Origin: an uncultured Bacillota bacterium
GTDB lineage: Bacteria > Bacillota > DTU025 > MWDF01
DNA: 64,000 nucleotides
Assembly (NCBI GenBank): GCA_963823655.1
Contig: CAWGMK010000013.1
Coordinates: 416,001-480,000, forward strand
Direction of reading: 5' to 3'
The notes under the pieces are model-generated. The model did not search any database. It saw nothing but the letters and a program-made list of their open reading frames with translations, and had not been told where the DNA came from. The first letter of the stretch is position 1. Each line of letters opens with the position of its first letter. Positions 54,083 through 63,101 of the stretch are shown piece after piece. The position numbers and the translations under genes are program-made.

Positions 54083-55170
54083 ATGGATTTCGTATTGCCG
54101 AGATATAGGCACCCGAGCTTCGAAGGCGCACAGTTCAAGAGCGCCCCTGATGCCAGGTTCGAGCCTGCACCGGACGCCGGCATTGCCCCTGACAACTTCC
54201 ATGCGACATCGATATATCCTGAGTACTTCAAAGTGCAGGGCCAGTGGAAGCTCGCTCCCGTGAGCCGCATGGATTGCGCAGTGGTGCAAAAAGGCGAAGA
54301 GCTGCTCATTACGGAAATCCGCAGGATAGAAAAGGGCGAACTTGTTCTTGTCGGGCGCAATGACGATCATACTGAGGGCATATATATCCACAGCGATCCT
54401 TTCGAGACCGACAGAAAGCAGCTTGGAGACCCATTCTCCTTCCGCAGCAGCAGGTCGCGCGAGACGCCTATGTCCAGGGATTACGAGTGCCTGGAGGCTC
54501 TTCTGGACCATGAAAGCGACTACGGCCACATCTCATGGGTCCTGGGTCCCGCCGTTGTCTTCGACCATTACTCCAGGCAGGTCATGGCGGGCCTTATCCA
54601 GGCGGGCTACGTCCACTCCATCCTAGCGGGCAATGCAGTAGCCACACATGATATCGAAGGCGCGGTATTCGGCACAGCGCTCGGCAACGACATTCACACC
54701 AATATGCCGGTGCCCAAGGGCCATTACTGCCATATCGATACAATAAACATGATCAAATCAGCCGGTTCCATAGAGGAGTTCATAAAGCAGCGGCAGATCA
54801 CCGACGGCATCATGGCGGCGTGCGTAAGGCATGGCGTGCCATATGTCCTGGCGGGCTCCATAAGAGACGACGGCCCCCTTCCTGAGGTCCACCGCAATGT
54901 TTATGAAGCCCAAGACGCGATGCGCAAATACACAGACAAGGCAACGACGATAATCTGCATGGCGACGCAGCTTCATTCGATTGCCACGGGCAACATGACC
55001 GGCATGCTTTAGAAAAGTCGGGGATGAGATCTCGGCCGGTCTACTTCTACATAGTCGATACGACGGAGTTTGCAGCAAACAAGCTTAAGGACCGCGGCTC
55101 GCTCAGCGCAATCGCGATAACCACAAATGTCCATGACTTCCTGGGGAACATCTCCCGGCGCCTTCTGTAA
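54083..55170 (+). CDS. Stand-alone LOR/SDH-conserved-domain protein (ArgZ/AgrE C-terminal-type ornithine cyclodeaminase-like; indel near 55000)
   Basis: APDNFHATS, RMD, GPAVV, GNAVATHDIE..GTALG, LAGSIRDDGPLP, LHSIATGNM, NKLKDRGS. Confidence 0.8.
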
Positions 55171-55185
55171 GCTGCCATCATCTTA

Positions 55186-55216
55186 CCCGGGCCAACACGG
55201 CCCGGGCTTTACTTTT
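55186..55216 (+). terminator. Intrinsic terminator
   Basis: CCCGGGCC-aacac-GGCCCGGG-CTTTACTTTT. Confidence 0.75.
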
Positions 55217-55224
55217 GCCGCTTT

Positions 55225-55258
55225 ATATTCATATATTCTTATATATTGATATATCATT
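55225..55258. repeat. AT-rich short periodic repeat, copy 2
   Basis: ATATTC ATATATTC tt ATATATTG at ATATCATT; same units as 26584-26615. Confidence 0.5.
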
Positions 55259-55261
55259 CGT

Positions 55262-55296
55262 AAAAGAAATCGGCCCTCTTTTCAGGAAGGGCCGAT
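55262..55296 (-). terminator. Intrinsic terminator of the dehydrogenase gene
   Basis: ATCGGCCCT...AGGGCCGAT stem followed by TTCTTTT on the minus strand. Confidence 0.72.
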
Positions 55297-55316
55297 CGGA
55301 CTTTATTTGAGTCTTC

Positions 55317-56279
55317 TTACTTCTTGTTGACTACGTTGACGGGGCTGCCCGCCTTGAAGCGGGCCAGGTTGTCTATGGCAGTCGCAATGAGCCTGGTCCT
55401 TGCTTCCTTCTGGGCTCCTGCGATATGTGGCGTGATTACGGTGTTCTTCGCGGACAGCAGGGGATTGTCTGCCTTTGGAGGTTCTACGGAAATAACGTCA
55501 AGTCCAGCAGCGCTTACCTTGCCGCTGTTAAGCGCGTCCGCCAGGTCCTGATCGACTACGAGAAGGCCTCTTGAAGTATTGATGATCTTGACCCCGTCCT
55601 TCATCTTCGCGATGGAGTCTTTATTGATCATGCCCTTGTTGGACTCGAACAGCGGGCAATGGAGGCTAATAACATCCGACTTAGCATACAGCTCATCCAG
55701 CTCGACGTATCTTACGCTGTCGCTTTCAAGCGAGGCGTCCTTATGGTTGTCGTTTGCGAGCACTTTCATGCCCAAGGCTAGGGCGATCCTGCCCACTGCC
55801 TGCCCTATCTTGCCGAAGCCTATGATGCCTATGGTCTTTCCTGCCAGCTCGTTAAGCGGGTAATCCCAGTAGCAGTAGTCCAGGCACTTGGACCACTTCC
55901 CGCTCTTGACGCTTTCGCTGTGGCCTTCTACGTGCAGCATGAGGGCCAGAAGCAGCGCGATGGCATGCTGAGAGACGGCATTGGTGCCGTAAGTGGGCAC
56001 ATTGGCCACAGCAATTCCAAGATCCCTTGCTGCATCAACATCCACAACATTATAGCCGGTCGCCAGGACCCCGATGTATTTCAGATCCGGCAGAGCTTCT
56101 AGTGTCGCCCTTGTCATAGGGGCCTTATTCAGCAATATGGCAGTGGCGCCCTTCGCCCTTTCGACTATCTGATCAAGCGGCGTCCTGTCGTACACTTCGA
56201 CTTCGCCCAGCTCATAGAGCGGCTTCCAAGAAATATCCCCGGGGTTTACAGTATACCCGTCCAGAACTACGATCTTCAT
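55317..56279 (-). CDS. D-2-hydroxyacid dehydrogenase (glycerate DH/HprA-like)
   Basis: MKIVVLDGYTVNPGD, GFGKIG, SLHCPL, NTSRG, TPHIA. Confidence 0.93.
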   Translation of the reverse strand: MKIVVLDGYTVNPGDISWKPLYELGEVEVYDRTPLDQIVERAKGATAILLNKAPMTRATLEALPDLKYIGVLATGYNVVDVDAARDLGIAVANVPTYGTNAVSQHAIALLLALMLHVEGHSESVKSGKWSKCLDYCYWDYPLNELAGKTIGIIGFGKIGQAVGRIALALGMKVLANDNHKDASLESDSVRYVELDELYAKSDVISLHCPLFESNKGMINKDSIAKMKDGVKIINTSRGLLVVDQDLADALNSGKVSAAGLDVISVEPPKADNPLLSAKNTVITPHIAGAQKEARTRLIATAIDNLARFKAGSPVNVVNKK

Positions 56280-56356
56280 CCGAAACCTCCTGAAAAATCA
56301 TTCTAACTATAGATTATCCGATATTGAGGGGCTTGCTTCAAGTGCAAAGCCTTCCA

Positions 56357-57693
56357 CTAACCCTTCTCCACGCTTTCTATGTACTTCTCGACGTCGAACT
56401 TGCTCCTTGCGCCTTCGTACGACATATACCTGATCATGCCGAAGATGGGCCTCTCCCCCCATGGCCTGTCGTGCACGCCTCCAATTGACCATGCAATGCC
56501 TGCATAGCCGTTCGGGTCCCTGCCGTCCAGGCTGTACGAGTCATTTAGGCGCAAGGCCTTATTCATTGCACGAATCCGGAGAATCGGACCATTCCAGGAT
56601 CTTCTTCGCCCAATACATCCTCAGATAGCCCGGCATCGCGCCAACCCTTATCATCTGGCGCTGCGCAGCGTTCCACAGCCTGTCATGCGTCCTTGATGCC
56701 TCCAGCTCCTCATAGCTGTAGTCGTAGTCTCTCATGTCGCTCCTATGCTTATCGAGCGTACCCCTCGCCCAGGGGGGAAAGCTGCCTGCACTGTCATACT
56801 CCTCGCAATAGCGGCAGAAGTTCTCCGCAAGCTCGCGCCTTATGAAGGCCTGTTCTATGAATTCCTCCGAACCGGGCCCCGCGTGAAGCATCGCCTCCGT
56901 AACCACCCTCTCGCGCTTATCTGACCGAAGTGGATATATGGTGAAAGCCCAGATTGAGCCCCTTCATTGGGATCGTTGGAGACGGGATAACGGGGAGAGT
57001 CCTCAATTCCAGAAACTGGGCAAGCCTGTGCATGGCAGCCCTCTCGCCTGAAGTAATACCGCCAAAGCCATTCCCCACTCCAAGCAGCCGCAGCTCCTTT
57101 TTATTCAGATTGCCTCACTTGCCTTGCCCATCCCCTTCGAAGGCAATGGGTGGGCAGCTAAAGGAGGAACCGGATCAAGGAACTCACTCATCAGCCTGTT
57201 CAACTTCGGCCTTATAGTGTAAGCGGCATACTCCCTCTTTCCGGAGGCAATCGTAACCGGCACAATATTGTGCGAGTCGACAACATGATTCTTCACGTCA
57301 GACAGGTTTTCCAGCTCGGACTTCCACGAGCGCGACGGCCTAAGCGGGCTTGCATCCATTACAATCAGGCCGGCCCCAATGCGCCTGCTAAAAGCGGCTA
57401 CCTCCCTGCCCGGGCTTCCTTTCAGAAGGCAAAAAGGGATCCCGCGCTCTTCCAGCTTATCTGCCACTTCCATTAATCCGCGCAGCATGAAGGCATAATG
57501 GCCGGAAGAGGCGCGCTTAATCTCATCTGTGAGGCAGAACGCCACGTTAAGCTGCCTTCCGGCGTTGATTGCCCATTGTTGGGCATATGCCGAGCCCAGT
57601 TATCCTTGCTCCTTTGCTCCCCTGCTCATCCAATAAAGGACAGGTCCCTGCCCTGTCCTCTTGCTTGTTGTGCTGATTTCCTCTTGGATCCAT
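56357..57693 (-). CDS. phr: Class II CPD DNA photolyase (four or more indels)
   Basis: [65 protein letters not shown]...GVHDRPW.ERPIFG.IRYM. Confidence 0.88.
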
Positions 57694-57701
57694 TGGGGAG
57701 A

Positions 57702-58684
57702 TCAAATCCTTTCGACTTTAAGGTACTTTCCAAGGTCTCCGCAGATTTCAAGCCCAGTGTTCCCGCTTGTCCCCTCGAAAACAAGGCCTTCCGAGCGGTC
57801 GGTAAGCCTTACTTTAACAACCGCGGTAATGCTCTCCTTTATCACCCTTGTCATCATGCCGTTCTTGGGCGCTGCCAGCTCACCCGCCTTGTCATATGAC
57901 GCCTCAAGCTCCAAAAGAAGCCGGCCCTTCGTAACCGCGGCCTCCAGCGAAGCCTCCCCCCACCCTCACATGGCGCGTTCTTGCGAAATTGTAGGTGGCG
58001 AAAAGCATGAACTTGCCGTCAATAAGCAGGAATGAGATAAGCCCCGGGAAGTGCCTGCCCAGCCAAGGTATGCTTGCCAGCGAGAACATGAAGGAGGCAG
58101 GTTTTTCGAAGTGGTTGGCCTGCATCCAGGTCCACGCGTCAGGAAAAGACCTGCCCCAGTCCTTCTCGATGTAGCCTTCCCCGCCTGAGAAATCCGTCTC
58201 TTCGCCGTCAACAAACATCGATCCGCTTATCGTATGGCTGATATTTACGACACCATGGTAGCACTCCATGCCCGGGGCGAAGGTAAACGGCCCCATTATG
58301 CCGGGGAAGGGCCGCCTTTTTTCTGGGAATCTCAATATGTTCGAAAAGCCTATGTCGGCATTGATGCACCCGCTTGTGGTCTGCAAGGCGCAACCTCATG
58401 CCCTGCCTGCTGAACGAGTTGGGGCCAATTCTCACGTCGAAAAGGCCATCTGCAGCGTTGAATTCTGCCACAGGATACCTGAAATAGTGGACCTTTCCTG
58501 TAACTGCGTTTATACACTGCACAAAAGCGTGCAATTCCTCAAGGCTGCCCCCGAGCGAAATCCCGGGGATCACTGCAAATGCATTCTTGCGCCCCTTGTC
58601 TATAAGCTTGAAATACCACCCCTCGAAGTAGTGCCTCCTTCTTAATGAACCCTGGAAGACCTCTGGGTGCCATGACTTCAGCAT
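57702..58684 (-). CDS. Tocopherol cyclase-family protein (two indels)
   Basis: YFEGWYFK, GIMGPF...MECYHGV, GYIEKDWGRSFPDAWTWMQANHF, GLEICG. Confidence 0.82.
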
Positions 58685-58797
58685 CGGAACCTACCCCCGG
58701 AACATCTTAGTAACGCCCAATTCAAACATCAAAATCAAAATTCTACAAGATTCCCGTAAAGGACAGCCGACTCACAACGGGGCTTTTCAGCGCAGCT

Positions 58798-58839
58798 ATG
58801 CCCGGTCGGGCCGCAGTAATGCAATCACCGGCCGGGCAT
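58798..58839. repeat. GC-rich palindromic intergenic element, copy 1
   Basis: ATGCCCGGTCGG...CCGGCCGGGCAT stem with inner GCA-GTAA-TGC; the 3' arm matches 63023-63041 at 16/19. Confidence 0.45.
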
Positions 58840-58849
58840 TAGTAAGGGC

Positions 58850-59187
58850 TTACAATGTGACTATAGTGTAACCTTCGTCAATGTAGCTGGCCATGGGGGA
58901 TGGCCGCTCATATCCCCGTTCAATTTGTAGCCGTTTACCTCAAGGTAATCGTGTGCACCAGTTGCCCTTGAGCATGCTTTGCAGACACAGTCTATCAGGC
59001 CCTCCTCCTTGGCTTTTAGAAGCAGGCTTCCTTTTGCCTCATCCATGTCTTTCAAGGTCTTGGTGGCAGTACCCTCGACAACTATAAGGGCTTCATGCCC
59101 CCCCTTCCTTAATTCCAGCGCGTTAAGGATCACATGCGAAAAGCACATTGTCTCGCCCTTGAAGGCGAAGAATGCGAACTTGCCCAT
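58850..59187 (-). CDS. DsrE-like protein (indel near 58897)
   Basis: FAFKGETMCFSHVILNALEL, EGTAT, VCKACS, MSGHP; the corrected end MASYIDEGYTIVTL stops at 58850. Confidence 0.78.
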
Positions 59188-59336
59188 GATCAGCCCTCCT
59201 TTTATGTAAAAATCGATTGCATGTCGTATTATTGTATAGTTTAATATTTCTGCATTACATGGGATTCACCTGCAAGCGCAAAACGGTCCCTGCAATTGAC
59301 TTAGCCTGCCGTAATGGCAGGACATGAGGAGAAACC

Positions 59337-60146
59337 ATGGGAGAAAATGATGTAATCAGCCTTTCTGCGCAGCCCTGGTCATCGGCCGATGTGGAGTCCA
59401 TGTCAAGGCTGCTCGGAATAGGCGAAGGGGATACGGTCATCGTCCACACCAAGATGTCCTCGATGGGCTGGGTCTGCGGCGGAGCGCAGGCGGTCATCGA
59501 GGGTCTTGTAGCGGCAGTCGGCGAATCCGGAACGCTTGTGCTTCCCGCGCATTCAGGCGGCAACAGCGATCCTTCTTTCTGGAGCAACCCTCCGGTGCCA
59601 GAAGCCTGGTGGGACAGGATACGAGAGACGATGCCCGCATTCGACCCCCGCAAGACTCCGATAAGAGGAGTGGGTTCCGTACCGGAGCTTTTCAGGACAT
59701 GGCCGGGTGCACTTCGCTCGAACCATCCCACCGCATCATTCGCGGCGCTGGGTAAGCAGGCCCTTTTCATTACTTCAGGCCATGAATCGCTCATGGCGTT
59801 CGGCGAGGACTCCTCTCTTGCAAGAGTCTATGAGCTGGACGGCAAGGTCTTGCTGATAGGAGTCGGCCACGACAACAATACTTCCATGCATCTGGGCGAG
59901 TTCAGATCGGGTACCTGCAAGACCATGGTGCAGGGAGCGGCAATCATGAAGGACGGAAGGCGACAATGGGTCAGCTTCGATGAGATCGATATGGATTCGG
60001 ACAGATTTCCCGCTATAGGAGCCGCTTTTGAAGAAGCCGGGGGCATCGTGTCCCGTGGCAAGATATGCCAGGCCGATTGCTTGCTGTTCAGGCAGAGAGC
60101 CATCGTGGACTTCACGGCAAGTTTCCTGCGGGCAATGAAGGAATAG
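59337..60146 (+). CDS. AAC(3)/YokD-family acetyltransferase
   Basis: IVHTKMSSMGWVCGG, WSNPPVPE.WW, RSNHPTASFAA.G, NTSMHLGE. Confidence 0.92.
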   Translation: MGENDVISLSAQPWSSADVESMSRLLGIGEGDTVIVHTKMSSMGWVCGGAQAVIEGLVAAVGESGTLVLPAHSGGNSDPSFWSNPPVPEAWWDRIRETMPAFDPRKTPIRGVGSVPELFRTWPGALRSNHPTASFAALGKQALFITSGHESLMAFGEDSSLARVYELDGKVLLIGVGHDNNTSMHLGEFRSGTCKTMVQGAAIMKDGRRQWVSFDEIDMDSDRFPAIGAAFEEAGGIVSRGKICQADCLLFRQRAIVDFTASFLRAMKE

Positions 60147-60221
60147 GGCGGCTTTGTGTGGAATTTTCTTTAGGAACGAAGGCTTTCGGGCCCGGACTTA
60201 AGAATAGGTGGATTTGGACCT

Positions 60222-61839
60222 ATGACAGATACGATGCCAGCAAATGCACAGGAGCTTTTAAATCAGGCAGAGGTCCTAAGCCGGACCAGCACAAGCGCGG
60301 CAATCGCGAAGGCCAAGCTCGCCTACTCGGCTGCGCTCGATGCGAACGACCAGCTTACAAGGCTGAAGTCCCTGATAATGATGGGGCGTTGCTCTTTCAT
60401 GTCGGGCCGTACGGGCGATGCCATCAAATGGCTGTTGGAGTGCATCTCGACGGCGGATACCCTAAACATGCCCGAGCAGATGGCGGAGGCTTTCAATCAG
60501 CTTGGAAACACTTACCTGGTAATCAAGGACTACGGCAGGTCCATATCATGCTACCTTGACTCTCTGGATATCATGAAGGACAACGGATTTGAGAGTATGG
60601 AAAGCCGCGTGCTGAACAATATCGGCGCGCTGTACCTTGATCTGGAGGATCTCGACCACGCCGCCGACTACTTCCAGCAATCCTATGAGATGGACGCATC
60701 CACATCCCAGAAATCCGTGATACTCCTTTTGAACCTGGCAAGCATCTACGCCAAGAAAAAGGCCTTCGAGAAGGCCGACTTCTATATGAAGAAGGCACAA
60801 GAGGCCCTTACCGAGCCTGAAGACCTGCTGATGCTGTCCTGGTTCTACCTGACAGACGGCGAGGTGGCCCAGGCGAAAGACGACATAGAGGCCGCCATCA
60901 AGCATTACAAGGCCGCTTTCGATATTTTGAGCAAGACGGGCGACGCCTTCAACGAATGCGACATGAGCATCAGGATAGGCCTGCTGCTGCTCGATGCTGG
61001 CAGGTGCGACGAGGCTCTTGAGGTCCTTCTGCAGACATACGAGAAATGCAACATGTTCAAAGTCCATGAAACCAGCAAGAAGATAGCCGGGCTGATCGCC
61101 AGGTGCTACAGCAATGTTCGCGAGGACGAGAAGGCCCTCAGATTCTATATACTCCAGAGCATGCACACCGAGCAGTCCGAAAAGGAGCACATTGAAAACC
61201 AGAGGAAGAGCGTCCTTTTGCAGGTCCAGCAGCATGAGACCAACCTGGAAAGGCTCAGGCTCAAGCAGCTGAGCGAGGAGCTCATGAGGACCACCGACGA
61301 GCTCAAGGAGGCATATGCCACGCTGGAGAGGCAGGCGATAATCGACTCCCTTACCGGCATCAGGAACAGAAGGTCTATGGATTCGCTGCTTGACTCGACA
61401 TGGAAGCAGTGCCAGGACGAGAGCCTGCCCTTTACTTTGATGCTTGTGGACCTGGACTGTTTCAAGAACTTCAACGACTATTACGGCCATCCGGCCGGCG
61501 ACGAAAACCTAAGGATAATCGCTTCCTGCCTAACCGAGGCCATCGGTGACGAGAGGCTCATCGGCAGGTACGGCGGTGACGAATTCGTCGCCGTACTGCC
61601 CGACGTAAGCGGCGAAGAGGCAAGGAATATCGGCAACAAGATGCTGGATAATGTAAGGTCCAAGAATCAAACACGAGCGCAATGACGCTTCAAGCATACA
61701 GACTGTCACTGTCGGCGCAATATGCCTCGTCCCAAGCCGGGACGATGTCCCAGGTTCGGCCCTGCATATGGCGGATACCGCGCTGTACGACGGCAAAAAA
61801 CAGGGCAAGGACAGGCTGGTCCTCTACTGCAGGGAATAG
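60222..61839 (+). CDS. TPR-repeat diguanylate cyclase (indel near 61663)
   Basis: TPR repeats, coiled coil, DSLTG, DLDCFKNFNDYYGHPAGD, RYGGDEF; the shifted frame ends ADTALYDGKKQGKDR at TAG 61839. Confidence 0.88.
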
Positions 61840-61851
61840 GAGATGTAAAGC

Positions 61852-62316
61852 ATGCCCGATTTTATGGGAATTGCCATCGAAGAGGCCAAGGCCGGAGTCC
61901 TGAAGGGGCACGGCGGCCCATTCGGCGCTTGTATAGTAAAGGACGGAAAGCTGATTTCATCGGCGCATAACCAGGTCCTCAGATACAACGACCCCACCTT
62001 GCACGCTGAGATGCAGGCCATAAGCGAAGCTGCCAGAAAGCTGGGCCGCTTCGACCTGTCCGATTGCGAGCTATATACAAGCTGCGAGCCCTGCCCCATG
62101 TGCCTTGGCGCCATATACTGGTCGAGGATCAAGAAGGTCTACTTCGCCGGCACAAGGGACGACGCCGCAGACGCAGGCTTCGACGACAGGAAGTTCTATG
62201 AGGACATGGGAAGCGGCGGCTGCCCCGACGGCGTAGAGCTTAAACAAATCGACAGGGAACGCGCCATGGAGGCGTTCTCCTCATGGAACAGCAAACCGGA
62301 CAGGAAGATATACTAA
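61852..62316 (+). CDS. guaD: Guanine deaminase (cytidine-deaminase fold, GuaD type)
   Basis: GGPFGA, DPTLHAE, SCEPCPMCLGAIYWSRI, GFDD, C-terminal W...Y. Confidence 0.8.
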   Translation: MPDFMGIAIEEAKAGVLKGHGGPFGACIVKDGKLISSAHNQVLRYNDPTLHAEMQAISEAARKLGRFDLSDCELYTSCEPCPMCLGAIYWSRIKKVYFAGTRDDAADAGFDDRKFYEDMGSGGCPDGVELKQIDRERAMEAFSSWNSKPDRKIY

Positions 62317-62335
62317 GCCGCATCAAGGAGGACAG

Positions 62336-62989
62336 TTGAAGCCGAAAGTCACCATATTCAGCATGATTACGCTCGACGCCGGCTATGTCTCCGGCTTACT
62401 TGACGTGGACTTGTACTATGAGGCCGGCTACGCGCTCGGGGCGGATGCCGTCATGGCAGGCGCCGACAGCATGCTCGAAGGGCTTGCGGGCTTCGGACAG
62501 GCTCCGTGCGATGAGACGCTTCCGGAAGAGAAACGTCACGACTTCAACCTTCCCTGGCTGGTCATAACCGACAGCCGCGCAAGGCTTATGGGCAAGCTGG
62601 GCCACTACAGGAATATGGAGTATGTACGAGACGTCCTGGTCCTGGTCTCAAAGGCGACGCCCAAAGAATATATCGATTACCTTGAGAAGAACTCATATGA
62701 ATACTACGTATCGGGCGATGACAGGTGCGATATGTCAGAAGCCCTAGATCAGCTGAATCTGTATTGCCACATCGAGCATATAAGGGTCGATGCCGTCGGC
62801 AGCCTTGCGGCTTCGCTGCTTAACGAGGGCCTGGCGGATGAGCTATGTGTAATCCTTGCCCCTTACTTGCTGCAATCCCCTTCTCTAAGGGCATTCGATG
62901 GCCTTAATAAAGACATCCGCCTCTTCCCGGTCTCGTCTGGGCCGCTTAGAAACGGCTACTTGATCACTACGTACAAAATAGAAAAGTAG
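62336..62989 (+). CDS. RibD C-terminal/DHFR-like reductase domain protein
   Basis: KPKVTIFSMITLD, VITDSRARL, LLNEGLADELCVILAP. Confidence 0.78.
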   Translation: MKPKVTIFSMITLDAGYVSGLLDVDLYYEAGYALGADAVMAGADSMLEGLAGFGQAPCDETLPEEKRHDFNLPWLVITDSRARLMGKLGHYRNMEYVRDVLVLVSKATPKEYIDYLEKNSYEYYVSGDDRCDMSEALDQLNLYCHIEHIRVDAVGSLAASLLNEGLADELCVILAPYLLQSPSLRAFDGLNKDIRLFPVSSGPLRNGYLITTYKIEK

Positions 62990-63007
62990 CGGAAAGCAAG
63001 CGAAACG

Positions 63008-63041
63008 GCCCGGAGCATAATCTGCATTCACATGCCGGGCA
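63008..63041. repeat. GC-rich palindromic intergenic element, copy 2
   Basis: GCCCGG-a-GCATAATCTGCATTCACAT-GCCGGGCA between convergent genes. Confidence 0.4.
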
Positions 63042-63101
63042 GTACATTTTTGCGCGCTTCGTTTTGTTTACCTACAATTATTGCCACCTTCGCCGTTCGC
63101 C

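Noticed and set aside
51166-58857. Shared operator GTAA(A/G)GGCTTACAATG at 51166 and 58842
   Set aside because: Half of the second copy is the corrected C-terminus and stop codon of the DsrE-like gene, and one 15/16 match can arise by chance.
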